Below, piece after piece: positions 20,400 through 29,764 of a stretch of 64,000 nt of DNA. The stretch lies in NCBI GenBank assembly GCA_963767925.1, contig CAVYGB010000002.1:2192761-2256760 (forward strand). Reading direction: 5' to 3'. Under the pieces are notes generated by a model. That model was not told the origin of the DNA. It did no database searches and worked only from the letters and a program-made list of their open reading frames with translations. This stretch comes from an uncultured delta proteobacterium (lineage in GTDB: Bacteria > Myxococcota_A > Polyangia > Fen-1088). Each line of letters opens with the position of its first letter. Position 1 is the first letter of the stretch. A program made the translations under genes and the position numbers.

Positions 20400-21317
20400 T
20401 CACGGCAGCCGCCACCCGAGCCGCCCGCACAGCAGGCCCTGGACGCGGGGCGACCGCGCCGCGACCCCGCTGCCCGCCACCTCCAGAGCGGCGCGCCCGA
20501 GCGGCGCGGCGACGATCGCCTCGACGCCCAGCTCGAAGCCCCCCGGCAGCCCCCACGCCGCCCGCCCGAACCCGCCCAGCGCCGGCAGGGCCGTCCAGGC
20601 CCGGCGGCCACCCACCAGCCCCGCGCCCTCGGCGCCCCCCGCCGTCAGGCTCGCCGCGACCAGCCCGCCCCCGCACAGCCCCGTGCTCCCGAGGTGGCCA
20701 CACCCGCCCAGCGAGCCGCCGGCGAGGAACCGGCGCGCAACGAGCGTGCCTCGCGGATCGCCCGCGACGACAACGGCCTGTTGCTCGCGGTCGGTCGACG
20801 CGCCCCAAAGCGCCACGAGCAGCCGGCCCGTTCGCAGCGACAGGTCCAGCGCGAACGCCGGCGCCGCGGCGGCCGGCAGCTCGGCCCAGGCCGCCACCCC
20901 TGCCGCCAGGGCCACCCCCGCCAGCCTGGGCTCCGGCGCCACCCGCAGCTCGCGCCCGGACCAAACGATCCCGGACAGGTACCGATCGACGATCAGCGCG
21001 CTCGTCTCGACAACCGCCGCACAGGCAGGGTCGGCCGGTCGCACCTCGCGCAGCAGCACCACCTCGCCCGCGGGCCTCTCCACGCGCAGCCGCCAGGGCG
21101 CGTCCCCCGGCCCCGCGGGCTCGAGCGTGACGCTAAGGTCGCCCGCCGCCGCGGCTGGTCCCACCCCGACGCGCCTCCCCGGCAGCCGGCGCTGGAGCGC
21201 GAGCGCCAGCCCCTGCGCCGCCGGACAGGGCGCGCCGGAATCGCTCGCGGCGCTCACCATCAGCGTGCCGGTGACCTCACCGGCGACGAGGAGGCCGAGA
21301 ACAACCCCGGTGAACAT
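20400..21317 (-). CDS. Exported hypothetical protein with beta-strand-rich C-terminus (possible outer-membrane protein)
   Basis: Hydrophobic N-terminus, CP..C pair, alternating beta-strand C-terminus ending GRLGWRLP; head of the ECF operon. Confidence 0.65.
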   Translation of the reverse strand: MFTGVVLGLLVAGEVTGTLMVSAASDSGAPCPAAQGLALALQRRLPGRRVGVGPAAAAGDLSVTLEPAGPGDAPWRLRVERPAGEVVLLREVRPADPACAAVVETSALIVDRYLSGIVWSGRELRVAPEPRLAGVALAAGVAAWAELPAAAAPAFALDLSLRTGRLLVALWGASTDREQQAVVVAGDPRGTLVARRFLAGGSLGGCGHLGSTGLCGGGLVAASLTAGGAEGAGLVGGRRAWTALPALGGFGRAAWGLPGGFELGVEAIVAAPLGRAALEVAGSGVAARSPRVQGLLCGRLGWRLP

Positions 21318-21568
21318 GGCGATCGACGTTCAGGCGGTCGCGATCGCCGCCAGCAACAGGGTCACGCGCCCCGCCGCGCTCTCCTTGCGGTCGCCGGTGA
21401 CGAGGTGCTTGTCTGCTTCACGCATCCGGACGCGTCCTCTCGAGCCGCTGGCATCCTAGGCCGATCGCGGCCCCGCTGGAAAGCCGCTGGCGGATCGACG
21501 GCCGACGTCAGAGCAGCGCCCCGCGTCGGTCACAGCGTCGCGAACGGCGGTCGGCGTGCCCACCTTTG

Positions 21569-21607
21569 CCCTCTCCCCGCGGCCGTCTGCGGCCGTGGGG
21601 AGAGGGA
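21569..21607. repeat. REP-like palindrome
   Basis: CCCTCTCCCCGCGGCCG-TCTG-CGGCCGTGGGGAGAGGG. Confidence 0.7.
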
Positions 21608-22612
21608 ACGTTCCGGCATGATGGCGCGCATCTCGGCCTCTTCTTTGGTGCCTTTGACGTTCATGTAGATGACCATCGCCTCGGCAAAGTCCTCGTGAAG
21701 CGAATTCTTGGCGTACTGGGAGGGAAAGATTCCGTCGGCCTTGCCGGCGGCCTTCCATGGGTCCCAGCGGGATCGTTTTCGTCCGGTCCCCAGTTCTTCT
21801 GGCTGAAGATGTGTCCGGTCTCGTGGATGAGCGATTGGTCCATGGACCACTGGGGCGGCTTGAACCAAGCGTGAGCTTCTGTGCCGCTCAGAGCAGTCAG
21901 CCGGCGGCTCTCTGCCTTGTTCTCGACCGGATAGAGGCTGACGATCCCCGCCTCACCGGCCGTCATGTACGACTGGAAATCTGGATTTTTGTACTTCTTT
22001 GCCCAGAATGAATCGGAGGGGTTCGGGTTGGGCTCGACCACCACCTCCTTGATTGCCAGGAGCGCGGACCGCGGCAGGGCGGCCAGGGCGGCCGACACCT
22101 CCTCGATGGTGTGCAGGTGCGCGGGGGCATCTCGGAGGCGCGTCTGGCCGCATGGTGACCTTCACGGTCACGTCGCCGACCTTCACCTCATGGGTCACAG
22201 CCTCTGCTTTGCCCGAGGTGAAGGCATGCTCCCCGATGTCCTTGGCCGGTGTGAATGAGTGCGGTTCCCTTCTGGTCGACGTCTGATACGCGGTCTTGTC
22301 GTGGGGGTGTTTGCCAAGCTGCTCGGCGGCGAGCGTCTGGACAGCAGCGGGCAACGCGCGGAAGGTGAAGTCCTTGGCCAGATCTTGATAGTTCCGGGCC
22401 AGCGGACGTGGCGACGCCTCGGCCGCTGCCAGCATCGCGCTCAAGGTCTCGCAGCACGTCGCCTTCGCCGTGTTCTCCGCCGGGATCGTCGGCCCGGAGA
22501 TGCCGCTCTGGTTCGCGGCGTTCCTGGCCGCTGCGATCGCCGTGGCCTGGTCCCGCGTCGCCCTCCGCCGCCACAGCTTGCTCGAGGTCGGCGTGGGCGC
22601 CGCCGTCGGCAC
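21608..22612 (-). pseudogene. Zinc metallopeptidase-like pseudogene split over three frames
   Basis: LIHETGH in frame 21661..22098; SQYAKNSLHEDFAEA in frame 21530..21868; upstream part in 21953..22612; 3' end runs into a REP. Confidence 0.75.
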
Positions 22613-22810
22613 TGTGGGCGCCGTCGTCGCCCGCGCCTTCTTCTAACTCACGTCCGACGGGCCTCGGAGGCACCTGGGTGTACGCCAGGTACTCGGAAAC
22701 GGGCCGCCAGGCTCGGGCGTAGGAGATGACGACTATGTGACGCGTGTCGGTTAGACTCGGCTTGATGCGGTCGGGCGGCTGAGTCCCGTGCTCGTGGTAA
22801 CCTCAAACTC

Positions 22811-23380
22811 ATGAGCGCTCCGAGGCACTTCGCAGACATCGCGCCCGAGCGGGTCCGACCCTTGCGGCGCGTAGAGTACGAAGCGCTGGTGGCTCAAGGC
22901 CTATTTACCGACGAGCGGATCGAGCTTCTGGAGGGAGTGATCGTCGAGATGAGCCCACAGAATCCTCGCCACGCCGCAGTGGTCGAACGTCTAACCAACC
23001 GGCTCGTCCGGGCCGTCGGCGATCGCGCCAGCGTGCGCGTCCAGCTCCCTCTCGCCGTTTCTGACGAGTCGATGCCGGAGCCGGACCTGGCCGTCGTGCC
23101 GGTGGCGGACCACGATCGCGAGCATCCCACAACGGCCTGGCTCGTGATCGAGGTCGCCGATGCGTCGTTGCGAAAGGACCGGCGGGTCAAGAGCGAGGTC
23201 TACGCGCGAGGCGGTGCTCTGGAGTACTGGATCGTCAACCTGATCGACGGCTGCATCGAGGTCCACACCGACGCAGTCGACCTGGCCTACAAAACCGTCA
23301 CCACTGTGCGCGCTGGTGAGTCCCTCTGTCTGCGTCGGTTCCCCGACGTGGAACTCGCGGTGGCGGACATCCTTCGCTGA
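22811..23380 (+). CDS. Uma2 family endonuclease
   Basis: RIELLEGVIVEM, PEPDLAV, IEVADASL..DR..K..YA..EYWIVNL. Confidence 0.92.
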   Translation: MSAPRHFADIAPERVRPLRRVEYEALVAQGLFTDERIELLEGVIVEMSPQNPRHAAVVERLTNRLVRAVGDRASVRVQLPLAVSDESMPEPDLAVVPVADHDREHPTTAWLVIEVADASLRKDRRVKSEVYARGGALEYWIVNLIDGCIEVHTDAVDLAYKTVTTVRAGESLCLRRFPDVELAVADILR

Positions 23381-23461
23381 CCGCTTCGACCTTACGAGCT
23401 GGATCGCCGCGCGCATGCGCACTTCGGAGACCCGGCCCCCCGCTGCAACCCGACCCTGCGG

Positions 23462-23565
23462 TCACCGCTCCCAGAGCCCGGCCAGGTCGATCTCCGGGGC
23501 GTCGAACGGGCTCAGGCGCACGACCACATCACCGTCGTGCCGGCCGAAGAGGTGCCAACACCCCG
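23462..23565 (-). pseudogene. C-terminal remnant of a second Uma2-type nuclease
   Basis: WHLFGRHDGDVVVRLSPFDAPEIDLAGLW resembles Uma2 C-termini; cut next to the island-flanking repeat. Confidence 0.5.
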
Positions 23566-23577
23566 GACCCGCGCGGT

Positions 23578-23614
23578 CACTCGGGGCGTCGGTCGTCGAG
23601 CGCTGATTCGACAG
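23578..23614 (+). repeat. Left copy of 37-bp direct repeat (att-like)
   Basis: CACTCGGGGCGTCGGTCGTCGAGCGCTGATTCGACAG; 2 mismatches to 33958-33994. Confidence 0.85.
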
Positions 23615-23660
23615 ACCTCGTTGACCGATGAGGACGCCCTTCACGGGTGCGTGAGCGAAT

Positions 23661-24281
23661 TCACCACGGGTCCGGCTCAGGTTGGACCTTGGTGAGACGA
23701 CTCTCCAGGTGACGACGGATCTGCTGACGGGCGCGGTAGATGCGGGTCCCCACCGTCGACCGCGGGATGTCGAGCGCGCGACCGATGGCGTCGTAAGACC
23801 TCCCGGCTGCGGAAAGCAGGAAAGCCCGCCGAAGCGACTCACTCAACCTGGGAAGTACGTCGAACACCGCTTGCCTGTCCAGCCCCTGCCACGGGGCCTC
23901 CGGCTCAGCCGGGAGGTAGGGGACTTGTTCGATGACGTCATCCGCGTCGAGCGAAATGCGGTTCCTGGGGGAACGCACCCGGTCCAGAAACAGGTTCTGC
24001 ATGATAATCAGCAGCCAGGCGCGAGTTCCGGCCGGTCCGATGCGGATGCTCCAGCGCTTCAGCGCGCGTTCGACGGTATCGTGCAGCAGGTCCTCGGCAT
24101 CCGAGCGATTACGGGTCAGGAGGACTGCACGTTTCTCGAGGACTGCAAGATGAGACATCAGAAAGCCACTGTCTGTTCCGCTTGTGCGCGTGGCTTTTGG
24201 CGTCGCCGCTGAGCGCCCCGGACCCTCCCCTCCGAGGTCGAAATGAAACCCATACCGTTGCGCAACAGACGTCGGTTCCAT
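23661..24281 (-). CDS. ECF RNA polymerase sigma factor
   Basis: GGAGG RBS; AEDLLHDT, RAWLLIIMQNLFLD, SYDAIG..IPRSTVGTRIYRAR. Confidence 0.88.
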   Translation of the reverse strand: MEPTSVAQRYGFHFDLGGEGPGRSAATPKATRTSGTDSGFLMSHLAVLEKRAVLLTRNRSDAEDLLHDTVERALKRWSIRIGPAGTRAWLLIIMQNLFLDRVRSPRNRISLDADDVIEQVPYLPAEPEAPWQGLDRQAVFDVLPRLSESLRRAFLLSAAGRSYDAIGRALDIPRSTVGTRIYRARQQIRRHLESRLTKVQPEPDPW

Positions 24282-24301
24282 TGGCTTCCTCCGCTGCCCG
24301 A

Positions 24302-24372
24302 ACGCTAGGGTTTGCGCTCTCCCGACCCAAGCCCCCAACCGACGGACGGTCGATCGGGCCGATAAGCGGTCG
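24302..24372 (-). promoter_or_regulatory. Putative LytTR-activated promoter of the ECF sigma gene
   Basis: Minus strand CGACCGCTTA-N10-CGACCGTCCG, 35 nt, then -10 TAGCGT; same geometry as the dyp promoter. Confidence 0.55.
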
Positions 24373-24420
24373 CCTTTTGCTGGCGGGTGGGCCCGAGGGG
24401 TCTTTGCCCCTGCCTGCGAA

Positions 24421-24627
24421 TCAGCGCCTTGGGCCCGGCTCCATCCCTTCAACGACCACTGGCCAGCGACCGACCACCACTGGCAGCGCCCGCCTGGCCT
24501 GCGCGCTCGAAACGAACACGGTGATACAGGGCCTCCCGTCGACAAGTCCCTCCGCGACGCCTTCGACGCCTTCGATCCGATCCACCCAGGTCTCGGCGTG
24601 TTCGAGGGCTTCTATGAACGTCATCAT
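24421..24627 (-). CDS. Small hypothetical protein (68 aa)
   Basis: Directly after the kinase stop; IEGVEGVAEG..PCITVFV..GRWPVVVE pattern reminiscent of protease propeptide-like small domains. Confidence 0.65.
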   Translation of the reverse strand: MMTFIEALEHAETWVDRIEGVEGVAEGLVDGRPCITVFVSSAQARRALPVVVGRWPVVVEGMEPGPRR

Positions 24628-24634
24628 TGGCAGC

Positions 24635-27600
24635 TCAGGTGGGTTGGCTTTCGACGACGGGGTTCCGAACTGGCAGAGTGATAGTCACGCTGACGCCGTC
24701 TCCGCGTTCGATCTCCAGGCTGTAACCGTCGCTCCCGAAAAGATATGACAACCGCTGGCGCACGCTCTTGAGCCCCGTGCCTGTGCCGCGAATGCCACCC
24801 TTGCCCCAGCCGAGACCGTTGTCTTCAATGCGGATGGTGCACTCCGAAGCGCCGACTGTCACGACAACCTGAATTCGCCCTCCGTCGAGCTTGGGCGAGA
24901 TGCCGTGCTTCACAGAGTTCTCGACCAGGGGCTGAACCGTCAGCGCCGGAAGGCGCACCCGAGCGAGGTCGCCCGTCGAAGAGATGTCGTAGTTCAGCTT
25001 GTCGCCGAATCTTAGCTGTTCGAGGAGGAGATAGGTGCTGGTGATGCGAAGCTCTTCGTCGAGGCCCACGGTGTGGTCCGCGCTCACGGTGAGCATGTAG
25101 CGATAGAGTTGGGCGAGCTTCAGCACTGCCATCTCCGCCTTCGCGGCGTCGGTCACGATCAGCTGCGCGATCGTGCTCAGGGCATTGTAGAGGAGGTGGG
25201 GGTTGACCTTGGCCTGGAGGGCCTCAAGCTGGGAGCGGTGCAGGTCGGCATTGTTGAGGGCAATCGCCGCCTGGTGACCCAGAAGCGCGACCAGCTTCCT
25301 CTGGCGTTCGCCGAACGCCGAGATCGTCAGCCCGTTCTCCAGATACAAGACGCCTACCAGCGTTCCACGCGCCATCAGCGGCAGGCAGAAGATGGATCCC
25401 GGCCGATTCTCCCGCACATGTGGATCGCCCTTGAATCGGCTGTCCGTGCCCACGTCGGGGATGTGGAGCGCCTCCCGGACCCGAGCGACGAATAGCACGA
25501 CGCTCTCGGCGAGCAATCGAGTCCCTCGAAGGGGCTCCATGCCGACCTGCTGGGCCCTGTCGTTCACGTCCCATCCCGCTGCGATCAACAGATCGCCGTC
25601 GCTCTCCTTGACCAGGAGGGCCCGCTCGGCACCAGCCGTGGTGGCCAGTACCCTCAGGAGCCGCTCGGTCAGCCGGTCGCTCCGGGTCTCGGCGGCGATG
25701 GCATACGATGCACGCATGACCGCCTCGGCGTCGATGTCGTCTTGTTCGCTCGGCGCGACAGCTCCGTCGGTGTTGGTGACGGCCGACCTTCCGGGGTAGG
25801 TGGCGGTGAGCTGCGCTACCTTCGCCGACGCGCCCCAGCGCTCGTAACTATAGGCAGCTATCCGCATCTGCTGGCTCACCAGGGCTAGTTCGCCGCGGGT
25901 CTCGTACAGGCTTGCCAGGCGCTCGCAGGCCAGGGCGTGGGTCAGGTAGTGGTCGAACGCGCCGGCCTGCTCTATGGCATTGCGATAGGTCGCGACCGCG
26001 GCGTCCGATCGGCCCTGGAAACGGGCGACCTCAGCTTCTGCAAGCAGCTGGGTCGGCTGGAAGTTCTCGGGCATCAGCAGGGAGAGCTTGCGCAGGCGCT
26101 TCAAACTGGTCGCGACGAACGCGGGCGGGCGCCTCCTGGAAGCGCCCGACGTGGTTGCACCTCGACACCCTGCCAGGATGCGAAACAGGTCGAAAAACGC
26201 CGTGTGCAAGGGGTTTCCCTGCACTACCCGGTTCGAGCGGAGGCCACGCGCAAGGTCGAGCACGGAGCCGTCCTCTCCCCACAGGTAGTGCAGGCTCATC
26301 CGCAGGAGCGCGAAAACACCGCTATATGCCTCGTGCTCGAGCTTCGGAGCGGTGGGCGCATCGACGAGCGCTTCCGGCCCACGGGACAGAGCGTCGCACC
26401 AGGTCCGGACCATCGTAGTCAACACGGCGCTCGCATCCCCTCCGATACGGCGCGCTTGAACTTCACAGTCATCGAGGCGTCGTCGAATCTCCGCGATCTT
26501 GAAGCCGCACATGGGAAGAGACGTCGAGATGCCATCGAGGAAGTTGGCCGCCACCATGTGCTCCCCGGTCTGCAGGCAACGCTCGAGCTCGGATTCGTAG
26601 CGAGTGACGTTGTCCTGGTTCGAACGTTGGAAGGGGCCGAAGAACGTGAGCATGAGGAATGACACCCGGCAGGCTACGAACGGCGGCGATCGCTCGTCCG
26701 CAAGGCGGCTGGCGATGGTGGCGACCTCGACGGCCCGCTCATATCGGCCGAAGAGGACGCGATAGAGGACGGCGAGAGAGATGTACGCCATCGGCGACTG
26801 CGGCGCGTTGCCGAGGCGAAATGTCAGCGCAATGAGCTTCAAGCAAACCAGCCCATTCAGCGGTTGGTTGGTCCAGTAGGTCGGCGCCCAGAGCAGGATG
26901 AGCAGCTCCAGCACGGTCCGGTCGCGCTCGCTGGACTGGTCCGGGCGGGCCAGCAGGACCGATCCGGAGAGGTGGCGGGCACGCGTCATCACCAGGGCCA
27001 AGGCCACCATCAGCCTGGGCAGCGAAGGCCGGGATGGTAACTTGACGCCCAGCTTGGCGAGCGCCAGCAGGCCCGCTTCGATGACGTCCTTGTATCGCTG
27101 CAGATGCAGGTAGAGAAGCATTCTGGTCCGCTGCAACGCTATCGCCTGGCGCTCGTCGCAGCCGTGCGCGGCGAGCTCCTCGAAAAGCCGCTCGGCTTCG
27201 GAAAACTCGGCCGACAGGTAGCTCGACTCCGCCAGCCGAAGCTTGATCGAGAACGCCAGATCGGGCCGCGAGCTCCCCGAGTCAGCGAGCGCCTCGAGCG
27301 CCGCGCCGAAGAGAGCCCGGGCGGTGCGGTAGGCCACCGATACGCGAGCGGCGTCGGCCGCGCCCAGGTTGAGCTCGACGAGACAGCGGCATTGCTCGGG
27401 AGTGAGACGGCGGCGCACCCGATTGAGGTGGTCGACTATCTCGAAGGCATCGCCGGGGGCCGGGGCGGGGGAGGCCGCGAGGAGGGCCAGCCCGATCTCG
27501 TAGTCGAAGCGGGCGACCTCCTCGGCATCGCACAGCGAACGAGCGGCCTGAGCAACCCGATCGTGAACGAACCGATAGAGCAGGTCGTCCCGGTTGGCCT

Positions 27601-29575
27601 CATTGGGGACGTGAGCGCCGGGCCGTCGCTCGCGGCGGAGGAACCCCTCTCCACAAAGCGCCAGGAGGGCTTCGCGCAGTTCGACGGGTTCGAGCGCCGC
27701 CACCGTGGCCAGGATGGGCTCCGAGATGTCACCCCCGAAGCAGGACGCCGCTTTCAGCAAGCCGCGACAGGTGGGCGTGAGGTCATCCATGCGCGCTACG
27801 ATGAGACTCAGGAGGTTGTCCCCCACCGGCGCCTGGAAGCCGGGCGGGGGGATGAACTCCCAGCGAAACTCGCAATCGCTGCGGAGTCGCCGCAGCACGC
27901 CCTTACCCTGGAAGCTCCGGATGAGCTCGAGCACGAAGAGCGGGTTGCCTCGTGACTCCTGGAACAGGAAGGCGGCCAGCTCCGCCCCGTTGCGGCATCC
28001 CTCGAGGACGCTCTCGGAGAGCTCGTTGGTCTCGGGAAGCGAGAGGTTCGCCAGGTTGACGGTTCCGGCGAGGCCGGATTCCGCGAGCTGGCTCAGGGCC
28101 CTTTCGGTTTGCGACTGGCCCCCGTCAGGGCCGCGGTGGGAGAGCACCAGGAGCCAGTGTGGACGGGGCAGCGCCAGAAATAGCCGATGCATGAGCGCCA
28201 GTGAGGCAAGGTCGGCCCACTGGCAATCGTCGAAGATGAGCACGATTGGTCGGCTCCCATCGCCCAGAGCATCCGCGAAGGCATCGATCGCGCTGTGGAA
28301 GCGATTCTCGGTTTCGGTGGGACCAAGTTGGGGCACCTGTCCCGGTGCTCCCATCAGGAGCTGCAGGCGAGGGACCCGCTCGGCCAGCACGGCCCGCAGG
28401 TTCTCGGCGATCAGCGCAAAGCGCCGCCGCCAGAACCGCACGTTCGCCTCGCTCCCAGTGAGCACATGGTCGACGAAGCCGTACAGCGCCGAGAGGATCG
28501 CGCCATAGGGAGCCTGTCGGTACTGCTCGAACTTACCGCCGAGAATCAGACGCGGCGGTGAAGCAAGCTGGCCCACGAACTCGGAGAGCAACCGCGACTT
28601 GCCGCTTCCTGCAGGACCGATGATACGCAGGATGCGCGTGCCTCCTTGCAGCGCCTCTTCGGCGGCATGGCGGAGAGCGGAGAGCTCCAGCACACGGCCG
28701 CACAGCGCCGGCGCCTTCAACCGCAACGGTGCCTTCCCGCGGCCGCCCGGGGGCGGGGCTCTCTGGTCGAAAAACAGGTGCTCAAGCTCCTCGAAGACTT
28801 CCAGCGCGGATGACGGGCGCTGGGAGGGGTCCTTGGCCAGCAGCCTGCCGACGAGGTCCTCGAGCGCGCCGGGAACTTCCGGCCGGTGCCGAGCGAGAGG
28901 CTCCGGCCGCGTCGCAAGGAGGCGATAGAGCAGCTCGTGCCGCTCGTCTGCCTCGAACGGGAACTGCCCACTGAGCAGGTAATACAGGGTGCATCCCAGA
29001 GCGTAGAGGTCGGCGCGATGGTCCACCGGGTGGTCGACGCGCCCGGTCTGTTCGGGCGCGCTACAAAGGGTCAACCGATCCACGGGGGTAGTGCCCCCCG
29101 TCGGCCCCCCCGCGATGGTGGCGTGCCCGAAGTGGGTGAGCCGGACCTCTCCGCTGGCGCGATCCCAGAGGATCGAGCCGGGGGTAAGTCGCAGGTGCGC
29201 GATGCCGTGCCGGTGGCAAGTGTCGAGAGCGCGGCAGAGCCGGCGTCCGATCGCGAGGACCTGGGGAATGGCCAGACCCTGGGCTCGCTGAACGAAGACC
29301 GGCCGGCCGTTGAAGTGCTCGAGAATGAGGTAGCTGGTCCGGTCCTGGTCCACCCGCGCGATGGGCTGCAAGGTCCCGGGCAGCCGTTGGGGCGAGGCCG
29401 CAAGGACCTGTAGCTCGTGGTCGAGCCTGAGCACCTCCTGAAGGGGAGGAAACTCCTCGCCGGGGGTCTTGGCCAGGAAGGGCGCTCCATCGCCCACACG
29501 GAGCGCCCGGTGAACCAGGTAGCCCTCGATGTCGTATTCGATACCCTGGAGCGTGTAGCCCCCAATGCGTTCCAT
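24635..29575 (-). CDS. Pseudokinase - AAA/STAND ATPase - GAF - LytS-type histidine kinase
   Basis: SAPEQTGR, GPAGSGKS, FDDCQWAD, YLEN GAF, LQAKVNPHLLYNAL (LytS/His_kinase H-box), QPLVENSVKHG, DNGLG, GTGL. Confidence 0.92.
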   Translation of the reverse strand: MERIGGYTLQGIEYDIEGYLVHRALRVGDGAPFLAKTPGEEFPPLQEVLRLDHELQVLAASPQRLPGTLQPIARVDQDRTSYLILEHFNGRPVFVQRAQGLAIPQVLAIGRRLCRALDTCHRHGIAHLRLTPGSILWDRASGEVRLTHFGHATIAGGPTGGTTPVDRLTLCSAPEQTGRVDHPVDHRADLYALGCTLYYLLSGQFPFEADERHELLYRLLATRPEPLARHRPEVPGALEDLVGRLLAKDPSQRPSSALEVFEELEHLFFDQRAPPPGGRGKAPLRLKAPALCGRVLELSALRHAAEEALQGGTRILRIIGPAGSGKSRLLSEFVGQLASPPRLILGGKFEQYRQAPYGAILSALYGFVDHVLTGSEANVRFWRRRFALIAENLRAVLAERVPRLQLLMGAPGQVPQLGPTETENRFHSAIDAFADALGDGSRPIVLIFDDCQWADLASLALMHRLFLALPRPHWLLVLSHRGPDGGQSQTERALSQLAESGLAGTVNLANLSLPETNELSESVLEGCRNGAELAAFLFQESRGNPLFVLELIRSFQGKGVLRRLRSDCEFRWEFIPPPGFQAPVGDNLLSLIVARMDDLTPTCRGLLKAASCFGGDISEPILATVAALEPVELREALLALCGEGFLRRERRPGAHVPNEANRDDLLYRFVHDRVAQAARSLCDAEEVARFDYEIGLALLAASPAPAPGDAFEIVDHLNRVRRRLTPEQCRCLVELNLGAADAARVSVAYRTARALFGAALEALADSGSSRPDLAFSIKLRLAESSYLSAEFSEAERLFEELAAHGCDERQAIALQRTRMLLYLHLQRYKDVIEAGLLALAKLGVKLPSRPSLPRLMVALALVMTRARHLSGSVLLARPDQSSERDRTVLELLILLWAPTYWTNQPLNGLVCLKLIALTFRLGNAPQSPMAYISLAVLYRVLFGRYERAVEVATIASRLADERSPPFVACRVSFLMLTFFGPFQRSNQDNVTRYESELERCLQTGEHMVAANFLDGISTSLPMCGFKIAEIRRRLDDCEVQARRIGGDASAVLTTMVRTWCDALSRGPEALVDAPTAPKLEHEAYSGVFALLRMSLHYLWGEDGSVLDLARGLRSNRVVQGNPLHTAFFDLFRILAGCRGATTSGASRRRPPAFVATSLKRLRKLSLLMPENFQPTQLLAEAEVARFQGRSDAAVATYRNAIEQAGAFDHYLTHALACERLASLYETRGELALVSQQMRIAAYSYERWGASAKVAQLTATYPGRSAVTNTDGAVAPSEQDDIDAEAVMRASYAIAAETRSDRLTERLLRVLATTAGAERALLVKESDGDLLIAAGWDVNDRAQQVGMEPLRGTRLLAESVVLFVARVREALHIPDVGTDSRFKGDPHVRENRPGSIFCLPLMARGTLVGVLYLENGLTISAFGERQRKLVALLGHQAAIALNNADLHRSQLEALQAKVNPHLLYNALSTIAQLIVTDAAKAEMAVLKLAQLYRYMLTVSADHTVGLDEELRITSTYLLLEQLRFGDKLNYDISSTGDLARVRLPALTVQPLVENSVKHGISPKLDGGRIQVVVTVGASECTIRIEDNGLGWGKGGIRGTGTGLKSVRQRLSYLFGSDGYSLEIERGDGVSVTITLPVRNPVVESQPT

Positions 29576-29599
29576 GGCCGGCCCTTTCGCTAGACCATC

Positions 29600-29764
29600 C
29601 TAGTTCCCTGGAACGGTGATTTCTTGCATATCTCGCCGGCCCTCTTCGTCCCTGGCTGCGTTGCTCGTCGGTCAAATACGCCAGGTATTCACCCTCTTCG
29701 CGCCTTGCCAGGAACGAAGATGCCTCGCCGACATATGCAAGACTTCACTGTTCCAGGGGACTAG
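29600..29764. mobile_element. Putative MITE (~165 bp) with ~40-bp imperfect terminal inverted repeats and CTAG at both ends
   Basis: CCTAGTTCCCTGGAACGGTGATTTCTTGCATATCTCGCCG vs reverse complement CCTAGTCCCCTGGAACAGTGAAGTCTTGCATATGTCGGCG (34/40). Confidence 0.7.

Noticed and set aside
29609..29628. Sigma54-like TGG..TTGC in the MITE ends
   Set aside because: GG-GC spacing does not match -24/-12
29672..29734. 20-aa Trp-containing ORF as substrate of the PT-like enzyme
   Set aside because: Lies within the MITE, starts in its inverted repeat and has no RBS
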